From positions 320,001 to 384,000 of the forward strand of contig CBDDFZ010000002.1 of NCBI GenBank assembly GCA_965227515.1: a stretch of DNA of 64,000 nucleotides, written 5' to 3'. Numbering within the stretch: position 1 is the first letter of the stretch; each line of letters begins with the position of its first letter. Positions 18,581-27,760 of this stretch are shown here, piece after piece. The DNA comes from Alphaproteobacteria bacterium. GTDB taxonomy: Bacteria; Pseudomonadota; Alphaproteobacteria; CALKHQ01. Under the pieces are notes generated by a model. That model worked only from the letters and a program-made list of their open reading frames with translations. It ran no database searches and was not told the DNA's origin. The translations under genes were made by a program, and so were the position numbers.

Positions 18581-21500
18581 ATGGCCGCCAAACGCACTGG
18601 TTGGCGACGCGTTGGCATCATCGGGCTTGAGGTTCTGGCTGGGTTGATTCTCGGCTTGGTCGTTCTTCTCGGTGTTGCGATCTGGCGCCTGTCGACCGGT
18701 CCCGTCTCGGCGGATTTCGCGACCCCGCTCATCGAAGACGCGCTGTCGGATCCCGCAAACGGCTTGCAGGTGAAGATCGGTGAGACCGACCTGATCTGGG
18801 AGGGTTGGGACGGCGGCGTCGACATCCAGGTCAAGGACGTCGTCATGACCGGGCCGACCGGGCTGACCGCGGTCGAGGTCGACACGATGTCGGTCGCCTT
18901 CAGCATTCCGGAGCTGATGTCCGGCAATTTGGAGCCCACCAGGCTTGAAATCCTGCGGCCGACGGTCTTCCTCACCTATGGCGCGAACGGACTGGCCATC
19001 GGGCTGAGCGACCCGGCGACCGCGAACGTGGTGCTGGACCCGACGGTGCAGGAGGGGATCGATGCGGCCGGTGCCGACGTCGATCCCGACGAACAGACCG
19101 TCGACGCCGATGGCGACGCAGACCCCGTCGACATGATGATTGCCGAACTCAGGCAGCCGCCCAGTGCGGACCGGCAACTGGGGTTGCTGCAATCGCTGCG
19201 GATCACCGACGCCGACCTGCGTATCCTCGATACGGTGAACGATGCGGTCTGGCAGGCGCCGGGCGCCAGCTTCGAGCTGACCCGCGACGATGCCGGCGTG
19301 GCGCTGGATGCCAGCGTCAGTGTCGCGCTGCGCGGCACCACCGTGTCGGTGGAGATCGCCAGCCACTTCTGGCGCGACACCGACCGCTACGACCTGACCG
19401 TCGGCTTTGGTGGCCTGACACCGTCGCTGATCGCATCCAACGTGCCATATGCATCCGACTTCGAGGAATTCGACATTCCGGTATCGGGTACGCTGCGCGC
19501 AACCGCGGACCAGGGTGACTTCGATTTCGTGCTCGACCTGGCGATGCCGATCGACGGCCAGACCGGCACCATCGAGGCGGTCGGTACCTTGCCGCGCACC
19601 AACGACCTGCTGACCGTGAACGTGGCCTTCGGGGCGATGCCGTTGGCGGAACTGGCGGAACGCCTGCCCTGGCTGGACGCGCTGGCCGGCTTCGACGTGC
19701 GGGTGACTGGCGATGTGGAAATGCTGGTCACCGAAGCCGGCGTCGACTCTGTCGGCTTCGAGCTGCACACCAGTCCCGGCATGCTGGTACTGCAGGACGT
19801 GTACCCGGCGCCGCTGCCGGTCGACCTGATCGTGTTCGAGGGCGCCATTGCCGGCGGCGGTGCCGCCATCGATATCGGCCGGCTGGACATCGATTTCGGC
19901 GATGTCGAATTCAACGGTAGCGGCACCGCATTCGCCGATGTCGGCATCTATGACGTGACGGTCGGCGGCGTGCTGAGCGGCATGAACATCGACAACATCG
20001 AGACCTACTGGCCCGAGCTGATATCCGCCAACGCGCGCACCTGGGTTCGGGAGCGCGTACCGGAAGGGGTGTTCGACTCGGTCAGCTTCAACATCTCCGG
20101 CCGCCACGACCTGGTGAACAACGCCTTCAAGCCGACCAACCTGGACCTGGATTTCCGGTTCCACGACCTTGCCATCGTCTACGTCGTCGGCATGCCGCCG
20201 GCGACCAATCTGACCGGTCATGGCACCTATGGCGGCAGCGAGCTGGTCATCAATTTGGAGCCGGGCGGCGAGACGTTCGACCTGCTGGCCGACGAGGGGC
20301 AGATCAGGCTGAGCGGCCTGGACGAGAAGGTCGGCCGCGCGCGGATCGAGACCACGCTGAGCGGCGACCTGCGCAACCACTTGCGCATGATCGACCACGA
20401 GCCGCTGAGCTTCCTGCAGGCCTATGGCATCCAGCCGGGGGCGGCCGGCGGCCGGGCGTCGGCAAAGCTGGAGCTGGAGTTCGACCTGGAAGAAGTGGTG
20501 GAACTGGATGCCCTCGATATCAGCGTCGTCGCCTACACCACCAATGCGCTGGTGCCCGGCATCGCTGCCGGCGCCGACCTGACCGACGCCGATCTGGAAG
20601 TCTCGGTCACCAACGAGCAACTGCGTATCCGTGGGCGCGCGGTCATGCTCGATGCGCCGGTGCAGGTGGACATGACCGAGAACTTCCTGCCCGGCGCGCC
20701 TGTTCTCAACCAGGTCACGGTGCAGGGTGTGTTCGACGTGCAGCGGCTGACCGAGATCGGGGTCGACGCCACCCGCTGGGGCCAGGGGCCGGTCGGCACG
20801 GCCGCCCGCATCCACACCTATCGCGACAACACGACCCAGATCGCCGCGAACATGGTCTTGGACGCAGCCAGCGTCGGCCTGCCGATCCTGGGCTGGTCGA
20901 AGCCGCCCGGCGTGCCGGCCGTGGGGTCGATCCAGGTGCTGCTGCGCGACGGCGACCTGGAGACCATAGACCGCGTCACCATCGACACCGGCGATTTCAG
21001 CGCCGATGTGCGGATCGCCTTCGCCGACGACGGGGCGCCCGCGCAGTTCGATATCCACACGTTGGAATGGGGGCGCACCGCCGTGCGCGGTGTCGTCGCG
21101 GCGAGCAATGGCGGCTACGCGATCCGGGCCGATGGCGGCGTCGTCGACCTGCAGCAATGGCTGGGCGACGATGCGGTCGAGACGGCGTCGCCGAATGAAG
21201 CCGATGGCGACCCTCCGGTGCCTCTGGCCATCTCCGGCCGGCTGGACCGTTTGTGGATCGACGACACCGCCTACGTCGACAACATCGCGGCCGACGTCCT
21301 GATCGTCGACGGTGACGTGCAGCGCGGGCGGGTCTCCGGCCTGGCCGGCGTGCCCGTGGTGGCGGAAATCACCCAGGAAGACTCCGGCCGCATGCTGTGG
21401 GTGAACGTGGAGGATGCCGGCGCGGTGCTCAGCGCGCTCGGCTTCACCGACGCCATCGGACGCGGGCGCCTGTCGCTGGCGGCGCGGTTCCGCGACAACG

Positions 21501-21973
21501 AGCCGGGCCAGCCGCTGGTAGGCGATCTGACCATCCAGAACTTCCGCCTGATCGACGCGCCGGTGATTGCGGAGATCGTCGCCATCGCCGGCATCACCGG
21601 CATCTTCGACGCCATCGAGGGCGAGGGCATCGGCTTCGGCGAGCTTTCGACCACGTTCCGCTACCGCGACGGCATCGTCGAGCTGCGCGGCGGCAGCATG
21701 GTCGGCCCCTCCATCGGCATGACGTTCGACGGCGCGGTCGACATCGAGAACGATCTGATCAACCTGCAGGGCGCGGTGGCGCCGGCCTATGCGCTGAACG
21801 GTCTGCTGGAAGGCATTCCGCTGATCGGCGACATTCTGGTCGGCGGTCCGGGCGAGGGCATTTTCGCGGTCACCTATCGTGCGTCCGGCTCGGCCGAGGA
21901 CCCGGAGGTGGCGGTCAATCCACTGTCGGCCCTGACCCCGGGCGTGCTGCGCAATATCTTCCCGGGTGGGTGA
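18581..21973 (+). CDS. YhdP/AsmA-like (DUF3971 + AsmA_2) bridge-like periplasmic protein
   Basis: N-terminal TM helix then WRLSTGPVS; YWPELISANARTWV; C-terminal PAYALNGLLEGIPLIGDILVGG..GIFAVTY..PEVAVNPLSALTPGVLRNIF. Confidence 0.85.
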   Translation: MAAKRTGWRRVGIIGLEVLAGLILGLVVLLGVAIWRLSTGPVSADFATPLIEDALSDPANGLQVKIGETDLIWEGWDGGVDIQVKDVVMTGPTGLTAVEVDTMSVAFSIPELMSGNLEPTRLEILRPTVFLTYGANGLAIGLSDPATANVVLDPTVQEGIDAAGADVDPDEQTVDADGDADPVDMMIAELRQPPSADRQLGLLQSLRITDADLRILDTVNDAVWQAPGASFELTRDDAGVALDASVSVALRGTTVSVEIASHFWRDTDRYDLTVGFGGLTPSLIASNVPYASDFEEFDIPVSGTLRATADQGDFDFVLDLAMPIDGQTGTIEAVGTLPRTNDLLTVNVAFGAMPLAELAERLPWLDALAGFDVRVTGDVEMLVTEAGVDSVGFELHTSPGMLVLQDVYPAPLPVDLIVFEGAIAGGGAAIDIGRLDIDFGDVEFNGSGTAFADVGIYDVTVGGVLSGMNIDNIETYWPELISANARTWVRERVPEGVFDSVSFNISGRHDLVNNAFKPTNLDLDFRFHDLAIVYVVGMPPATNLTGHGTYGGSELVINLEPGGETFDLLADEGQIRLSGLDEKVGRARIETTLSGDLRNHLRMIDHEPLSFLQAYGIQPGAAGGRASAKLELEFDLEEVVELDALDISVVAYTTNALVPGIAAGADLTDADLEVSVTNEQLRIRGRAVMLDAPVQVDMTENFLPGAPVLNQVTVQGVFDVQRLTEIGVDATRWGQGPVGTAARIHTYRDNTTQIAANMVLDAASVGLPILGWSKPPGVPAVGSIQVLLRDGDLETIDRVTIDTGDFSADVRIAFADDGAPAQFDIHTLEWGRTAVRGVVAASNGGYAIRADGGVVDLQQWLGDDAVETASPNEADGDPPVPLAISGRLDRLWIDDTAYVDNIAADVLIVDGDVQRGRVSGLAGVPVVAEITQEDSGRMLWVNVEDAGAVLSALGFTDAIGRGRLSLAARFRDNEPGQPLVGDLTIQNFRLIDAPVIAEIVAIAGITGIFDAIEGEGIGFGELSTTFRYRDGIVELRGGSMVGPSIGMTFDGAVDIENDLINLQGAVAPAYALNGLLEGIPLIGDILVGGPGEGIFAVTYRASGSAEDPEVAVNPLSALTPGVLRNIFPGG

Positions 21974-22069
21974 GTTTGCCACGGCGCGATCGGTTGCCGG
22001 GCCGGTGCATGAAGGGTATTGGCATGGTTCTCGCAGAATCCTGCCCGGTAGCTTCATGACCACCAGACT

Positions 22070-23020
22070 ATGACCTTCGATATCATCATCAGCTGGCTCG
22101 CGTTCACGCCGGAGTTCGCCATGCCGTTGATCCTGGCCGCCCTCGGCCTGATCATCAACGAGCGGGCCGGCGTGCTGAACCTGGGCGCCGAGGGGCTGAT
22201 GCTGGTCGGCGCCATGACCAGCGTCGCGGTCTGGATCGAGCTGGCGGACACCGGCTGGCAAAGCCCCTGGTTCGGCATGCTGGGCGCGGCCATTGCCGGC
22301 GCCGCCGTCGCCGCGCTGTTCGCGTTCATGGTGGTCATCCTGCGCGCGAGCCAGGTGGTGACGGGCGTGGCGCTGGTGTTTTTCTGCATCGGCCTGACCG
22401 GGCTGTTGGGCTCGCAGATGAGCTGGACCGACACGCCGGTGCCCGGCTTCTCGCGCATCGACCTCGGCTGGCTCAGCGAAATCCCGGTGATCGGGCGGAT
22501 CGTCTTCCACCAGGACCCGTGGGTGTACCTGACCCTGCTGCTGGTGGTGCTGGTGCATTTCGGGCTGTTCCACAGCGTGACCGGGCTGAAGCTGCGCGCC
22601 GTCGGCCACAATCCGCAGGCGGCCGACACCGCGGGCGTCTCGGTCATCGCCTACCGCTTCGGCGCCGTGGTCGTGGGCGGCGCGCTGGTCGGGCTCGCCG
22701 GCGGCTACCTCGCCCAGGCGTCGGCCAAGATCTGGGTCGACGAGCTGACCCAGGGGCGGGGCTGGATCGCCATCGCGCTGGTCATCTTCGCGCGCTGGCG
22801 GCCGTGGCGGGCGGTGTTCGGCGCGCTGCTGTTCGGCGGCATCGAGGCGCTGATCCCGCGCCTGAACGCGGCCGGTTTCGCGCTGCCGCAATATTTCCTG
22901 CTGATGACGCCCTACCTGGCGACCCTGGTCGTGTTGGTCTACGCCGCCCTCGCCACCCGCAAGGGCGCCAACGCGCCGCTGGCGCTGGGCCTGCCGTTCG
23001 TGCGCGAGGAGCGGCGTTGA
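22070..23020 (+). CDS. Nucleoside/purine-type ABC transporter permease (orphan)
   Basis: ERAGVLNLGAEGLML, GLKLRAVGHNPQAADTAGVSV, GRGWIAIALVIFARWRP, APLALGLPF. Confidence 0.9.
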   Translation: MTFDIIISWLAFTPEFAMPLILAALGLIINERAGVLNLGAEGLMLVGAMTSVAVWIELADTGWQSPWFGMLGAAIAGAAVAALFAFMVVILRASQVVTGVALVFFCIGLTGLLGSQMSWTDTPVPGFSRIDLGWLSEIPVIGRIVFHQDPWVYLTLLLVVLVHFGLFHSVTGLKLRAVGHNPQAADTAGVSVIAYRFGAVVVGGALVGLAGGYLAQASAKIWVDELTQGRGWIAIALVIFARWRPWRAVFGALLFGGIEALIPRLNAAGFALPQYFLLMTPYLATLVVLVYAALATRKGANAPLALGLPFVREERR

Positions 23021-23406
23021 GCCAGCGCATCGCCGCCGTCACCGTGGTGGTGCCCGACTATCGCCTGGCCCTGGACTTCTACGTCGGCGTGCTGGGGTTC
23101 GACCTGTTGGAGGACACGGCGCTGGAGGGCGGCAAGCGCTGGGTGCGTGTCGCGCCGAAGGGGCCGCCCGGCACGTGCCTGCTGCTCGCCCAGGCGGCGA
23201 CGCCGGCACAGCACGCCCGTGTCGGCGACCAGACCGGCGGGCGCGTGTTCCTGTTCCTGGAGACCGACGATTTCGCCCGCGACCACGCGCTCTACACCGA
23301 GCGCGGGGTGGTGTTCCGCGAGCCGCCGCGCATCGAGGCCTACGGCACCGTCGCGGTGTTCGAGGACCCGTTCGGCAACCAGTGGGACCTGATCGAGCCG
23401 GGGTGA
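23017..23406 (+). CDS. VOC/glyoxalase family protein
   Basis: TTG start overlapping the permease stop; VVPDYRLALDFY..KRWVRVAP..GDQTGGRVFLFLETDDF..YGTVAVFEDPFGNQWDLIE. Confidence 0.88.
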   Translation: MSQRIAAVTVVVPDYRLALDFYVGVLGFDLLEDTALEGGKRWVRVAPKGPPGTCLLLAQAATPAQHARVGDQTGGRVFLFLETDDFARDHALYTERGVVFREPPRIEAYGTVAVFEDPFGNQWDLIEPG

Positions 23407-23446
23407 GAGCAACCCAGGCTCGTCTGTCCGTCAATCATCCAAGGTC

Positions 23447-23601
23447 GTCGTCCTCGCCCTTGTGGCGAGGACCCATCATTGTCCAATGCGCCAGTCGACA
23501 GCTCGGTGGTCCGCGACATGCATGGCAGGCGGCAAACTGCGAACAGGGTTGGTAGCGCGTTTGGCGGTTGAATGGGTCCTAGCCACAAGGGCGAGGGCGA
23601 C
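23447..23601. repeat. REP doublet, family A variant
   Basis: Left arm identical to the one at 16030 (GTCGTCCTCGCCCTTGTGGCGAGGACCCAT); both are followed by CAATGCGCCAG; right arm ATGGGTCCTAGCCACAAGGGCGAGGGCGAC. Confidence 0.85.
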
Positions 23602-23705
23602 AACAGGATTTGTTGCCGGACTGTCATCATGACGATGGAGGGAGGGCAGGCAGTTGCGCTCAGGGGGGGCGGCGCGTTAAGGTCTCTGCGGAAATGAACA
23701 CCGTA

Positions 23706-23724
23706 TCCGCTATGTGGACATAGC
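23706..23724. promoter_or_regulatory. Operator-like palindrome next to the hydantoinase RBS
   Basis: Perfect GCTATGT-GG-ACATAGC (23709-23724) overlapping TCCGC-N3-GTGGA (23706-23718), followed by CAGGAGGGG and the TTG start. Confidence 0.5.
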
Positions 23725-23738
23725 AGCAGGAGGGGCCA

Positions 23739-25793
23739 TTGGGACTCAGGGTCGCGATCGATACCGGCGGCACCTTCACCGACGTGGTGGCGATCGACGA
23801 GGCGTCGGGCGCGCAGTGGGCGGTGAAGACGCCGAGCACCCCGGCCGACCCCTCCATCGGGCTGATCAACGGTGTGCGCAAGGTGGCCGAGGTCGCCGAG
23901 ATGCAGGCCGCCGATGTGGCGCAACTCCTGCACGGCTCCACCACCGCCACCAACGCGGTGCTGGAGCACAAGTTCGACGGGCTTGGCCTGCTGGTCACCG
24001 AGGGCTTCCGCCACATCATCGAGATCGCGCGCCAGTCGGTGCCGGACGGCTATGGCAACTCGTTCTTCTGGGTGAAGCCGCCGCGCCTGGTGCCGCTGCA
24101 CCTGGTGCGCGAGGCGCCGGGCCGCATGAACTTCCAGGGCGAGGAACTGGCGCCGCTGGACGAGCAGGCGGTGATCTCAGGCGTCGGAGAGCTGGTCGAG
24201 ATGGGCGTCACCTGCCTTGGCGTGTGCCTGCTGCACGCCTATGCCAACGACGCCCACGAGAGCCGCATCCGCGAACTCTGCGCGGAGCATTACCCCGACC
24301 TCTTCGTGTCGATCTCCTCGGTCGTGCTGCCCGAGTACCGCGAGTACGAGCGCGCGATGACCACCCTGATCGACGTGCTGGTGAAGCCCTATTGCCGCAC
24401 CTATCTGCAGCACGCCCATGAGCAGATTTCCGCCGAGGCCGGCGAGGTGCCGTTCCTGATCATGCAGTCGAACGGCGGCGTGGTGACCCACGCGACGGCG
24501 GGCGACAAGCCGGTGACCATGCTGCTGTCCGGCCCGGCGGCCGGTGTGCTCGGCGCCATGCACATGGCAAGCCTGGGCGGCCACCGCGATATTCTGACCC
24601 TCGACGTCGGCGGCACCTCCACCGACGTGTCGCTGGTCGACGACCTGACGCCGCAGTTCACCACCCACTCGATGGTCGAGCACTACCCGGTCAAGACGCC
24701 GATGCTGGATATCGCCACCGTCGGCACCGGCGGTGGCTCGCTGGCCTGGGTCGACCCCTATGGTGCGCTGAAGGTGGGGCCGCGCAGTGCCGGCGCCGAT
24801 CCCGGCCCGATCTGCTACGGCCGTGGCGGCACCGAGCCGACGGTGACCGACGCGGCCCTGGTGCTGGGCCGCATTCCGCCGGCGTTGATCGGCGGTGAGC
24901 TGGCGCTGGACGCCGCTGCCGCCCGCAAGGCTTACGAGACCCTCGGCGCGCGTTTCGAGATGTCGGCCGAGGAAGCGGCGGCCGGCGTGATCGAGATCGC
25001 CGCCGCCAACCAGGTCAACGGCATCCGCCAGGTCACCGTCAGCCGGGGCCACAACCCGTCCGACTATGTGCTTGTTGCCTTCGGCGGCGCGGGCGGCATG
25101 TTCATCTGCGACGTGGCCGACTTCCTGGACATCAAGACCGCGCTGTCGCCGCCCAATCCCGGCAATCTATCGGCGTTCGGGCTCCACGTCTCCGACATCA
25201 AGCGCGACTATCTGCGCACGCTGGTGCGCCAGCAGTCGACCGCCGACCCGGCCGAGATCGACAGCCAGTGGAGCCAGCTCGAAGACGCCGGCCGGCGCGA
25301 GATCGCCGACGAGGGCGTCGACCCGGCCAACATCGCGGTGCAGCGGCTGGCCGACATGCGCTATGTCGGCGAGGCGCACGAGGTGCCGGTCTACGTGCCC
25401 GAGGGCATGGGCGGCGCGCAAGCCATCGAACATCTCTGGGCCGAGTTCCACCGCGTCCACGACAAGACCTTCGGTTATGCTTATGAGGGCCAGCAGGATG
25501 TGGAACTGGTCAATCTGCGGGTCCAGGCGGTCGGCCGGGTGCAGCGCCCGGACGTGCAGGTGAGCGAAAGAGCCGGCGCCGGCGGCCCGGCCGCCGCGCG
25601 CGGCGAACGCCGGGTCTATTGGCGCAATGAAGGATGGCTGGACTGCCCGCTCTACGACCGTGCCGCGCTGGATGTCGACGCGACGGTCGACGGACCGGCC
25701 ATCATCGAGGAATATGGGTCCACCGTCGTGGTCGCCGACGGTTGGCAGGCCCGCATGGACGCCTATGGCAATCTGCAACTGAGGAGGGTGTGA
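23739..25793 (+). CDS. Hydantoinase/oxoprolinase A (ATP-binding) subunit
   Basis: DTGGTFTD, HGSTTATNA, SGPAAGV, DVGGTSTDVS, GPRSAGADPGPICYGRGG..PTVTDA, FGGAGG. Confidence 0.93.
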   Translation: MGLRVAIDTGGTFTDVVAIDEASGAQWAVKTPSTPADPSIGLINGVRKVAEVAEMQAADVAQLLHGSTTATNAVLEHKFDGLGLLVTEGFRHIIEIARQSVPDGYGNSFFWVKPPRLVPLHLVREAPGRMNFQGEELAPLDEQAVISGVGELVEMGVTCLGVCLLHAYANDAHESRIRELCAEHYPDLFVSISSVVLPEYREYERAMTTLIDVLVKPYCRTYLQHAHEQISAEAGEVPFLIMQSNGGVVTHATAGDKPVTMLLSGPAAGVLGAMHMASLGGHRDILTLDVGGTSTDVSLVDDLTPQFTTHSMVEHYPVKTPMLDIATVGTGGGSLAWVDPYGALKVGPRSAGADPGPICYGRGGTEPTVTDAALVLGRIPPALIGGELALDAAAARKAYETLGARFEMSAEEAAAGVIEIAAANQVNGIRQVTVSRGHNPSDYVLVAFGGAGGMFICDVADFLDIKTALSPPNPGNLSAFGLHVSDIKRDYLRTLVRQQSTADPAEIDSQWSQLEDAGRREIADEGVDPANIAVQRLADMRYVGEAHEVPVYVPEGMGGAQAIEHLWAEFHRVHDKTFGYAYEGQQDVELVNLRVQAVGRVQRPDVQVSERAGAGGPAAARGERRVYWRNEGWLDCPLYDRAALDVDATVDGPAIIEEYGSTVVVADGWQARMDAYGNLQLRRV

Positions 25794-27742
25794 TGCCCGA
25801 CGGTGGCGCGAAGAAGACGCTCGGTCCGATCGAGCTTGAGGTGATCCTGGGCACCGTGCGCTCCGCCGAGTTGGAGATCGAGGCGGCGGTCGAGCGCACG
25901 TCGCGCTCGCCGATGATCCGCGACCAGCATGACTACCGGGTCGCGCTGTTCGATGCCAAGGGCCGCAAGCTGACCGGCCGTTCCTACTCCGCCCTGGTCG
26001 AGCCGGTGTTCGAGTATTTCGGCGAGGACCAGATCTTCCCCGGCGACGTGTTCTTCTGGAACGACCCGTACAACAGCGCCGGTGGCATCGGCCATATTCC
26101 GGACCTGTGCTCGACCCTGCCGATCTTCCACGGCGACCGGCTGGTCGGCTTCAGCCAGGTGTTCGGCCACCACGACGACGTCGGCGGCTCGGTGCCCGGC
26201 AGCCTGCCGGTGCACGCCACCGATATGTGGACCGAGGGCCTGGTGATCCCGCCGATCAAGCTCTACGAGAAGGGCGTGCTCAACAAGGCGGCCTACGAGA
26301 TCATCGCCCGCAACTCGCGGCTCGCCGACCATCTGCGCGGCGATATCGATGCCGAGATCGGCGCCGCCAAGCTGGGTGCGGCCCGCGTGCTGGAAATGGC
26401 CGAGCGCTACGGCCCCGACACGCTGGAGGCCGCGTTCGACGCCATCGTCGAGAACTGCGCGCGCACCATCCGCGACGAGTTGCTGCCGCAGATCGAGGAC
26501 GGCACCTACGCCTGGGAAGACTACATCGAGAACGACGGGGTCGACGCGCCGCGCCTGCACGCGCTCAGGCTCACCATGACAAAGACCGCCGACAAGATCG
26601 TGCTCGATTTCACCGGCACCGACCGCGAGACCAAGGGGCCGATCAACTGGGCCATCGACTATTGCGAGGGCAAGTTCGTTCGCAAGTGGATGGCGCCGGT
26701 GCTGCGCTCGCTGGCGGCCTCGCCGGAGCGCGCGGCCGAGATCGACATGAACGAGGGCGTGCTCGACGTCATCGAGGTGCGGTTCCCGGAGAAGGGCACC
26801 ATGGTGACGCCGACCTTCGGCCGGCCGACCGGGCTGCGCTTCTTCCCGCTGTTGCGCTCGCTCGGCCTGTTCGCCGCCTGCCTGTCGAAGGCGACCGGCG
26901 GGCGGATGCCGGCGGACCATGAGACCATCCGCATCTGGGGCCTGCATGGCGGGCGCACCGGCAAGGACTTCTTCCTGTTCCGCGAGGTGCTGGGCGGCGG
27001 CGGGCCGGGCCGGCCGTGGGCCGACGGCTCAGACGTGGTGCATATCGTGCCGAACTCGCGCAATTTGCCGGCCGAGTTCTCGGAGACCCGCTATCCGGTG
27101 ATGGTCGAACGCTTGGCGCTGTGCCAGGACTCCGGCGGCGCCGGCTACCGCCGCGGCGGCTTTGGCTACGACAAGCAGATCCGCTCGATGCTCGACTGTG
27201 TGCTGCTGTCGAACGCCGACCGGGCGATGCTCAACACCTATGGCTGCAATGGCGGCCAGCATGGCGCGACCTATTCGATTTCAATTACAGAGGGCAGCGT
27301 CACCGAGGGCGACGGCGAGGCGAAGACCCTGCCCGGCATGATCGACAACGTGCCGGTCAAGGCAGGCTCGCTGGTGCGCATCACCACCACTGGCGGCGGC
27401 GGCTGGGGCGACCCGCTGCAGCGCGAGCCGGAGAAGGTCTGTTACGACGTGCAGTGCGGCCTGGTGTCGGCGGACGCGGCGCGCGCGGAATACGGCGTCG
27501 TGCTCACCAAGTCCGGTGCCCGGTACGAGGTCGACGGCAACGAGACCGAGGCCCTGCGCTCCAAGATGCGCGCCGCTGCGGGTCCGCGCCCGATGTTCGA
27601 CCGTGGCCCCTATTTCGAGGAGACCAAGCGCAGCAAGGGCATCGACTGGCCGGAGGGCTGGACCGATCCCGACGAGGGCTGGCTCGCCGCCGATCCGAAG
27701 GAGGCGCTGAACGCGCAGCCCAAGCGCGTCGCGGCTGAGTAG
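25793..27742 (+). CDS. Hydantoinase B/oxoprolinase subunit
   Basis: NDPY..GG..HIPD, HHDDVGG metal site, EGLVIPPIKL, DSGGAGYRRGG, TTGGGGWGDPLQR; TGATG overlap with the A subunit. Confidence 0.93.
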   Translation: MPDGGAKKTLGPIELEVILGTVRSAELEIEAAVERTSRSPMIRDQHDYRVALFDAKGRKLTGRSYSALVEPVFEYFGEDQIFPGDVFFWNDPYNSAGGIGHIPDLCSTLPIFHGDRLVGFSQVFGHHDDVGGSVPGSLPVHATDMWTEGLVIPPIKLYEKGVLNKAAYEIIARNSRLADHLRGDIDAEIGAAKLGAARVLEMAERYGPDTLEAAFDAIVENCARTIRDELLPQIEDGTYAWEDYIENDGVDAPRLHALRLTMTKTADKIVLDFTGTDRETKGPINWAIDYCEGKFVRKWMAPVLRSLAASPERAAEIDMNEGVLDVIEVRFPEKGTMVTPTFGRPTGLRFFPLLRSLGLFAACLSKATGGRMPADHETIRIWGLHGGRTGKDFFLFREVLGGGGPGRPWADGSDVVHIVPNSRNLPAEFSETRYPVMVERLALCQDSGGAGYRRGGFGYDKQIRSMLDCVLLSNADRAMLNTYGCNGGQHGATYSISITEGSVTEGDGEAKTLPGMIDNVPVKAGSLVRITTTGGGGWGDPLQREPEKVCYDVQCGLVSADAARAEYGVVLTKSGARYEVDGNETEALRSKMRAAAGPRPMFDRGPYFEETKRSKGIDWPEGWTDPDEGWLAADPKEALNAQPKRVAAE

Positions 27743-27760
27743 GGCGGGGGAACGGACGCC

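Noticed and set aside
18281-22891. 1536-aa minus-strand ORF and similar long antisense ORFs (12529-15090, 29259-31691, 45041-47617, 38924-40966)
   Set aside because: They mirror well-supported genes on the opposite strand, show no motifs, and are expected shadows of high-GC codon bias.
23663-23669. G7 tracts (23663-23669, 12178-12184) as phase-variation sites
   Set aside because: Short intergenic runs are expected at this GC content; the second one serves as the coxS RBS.
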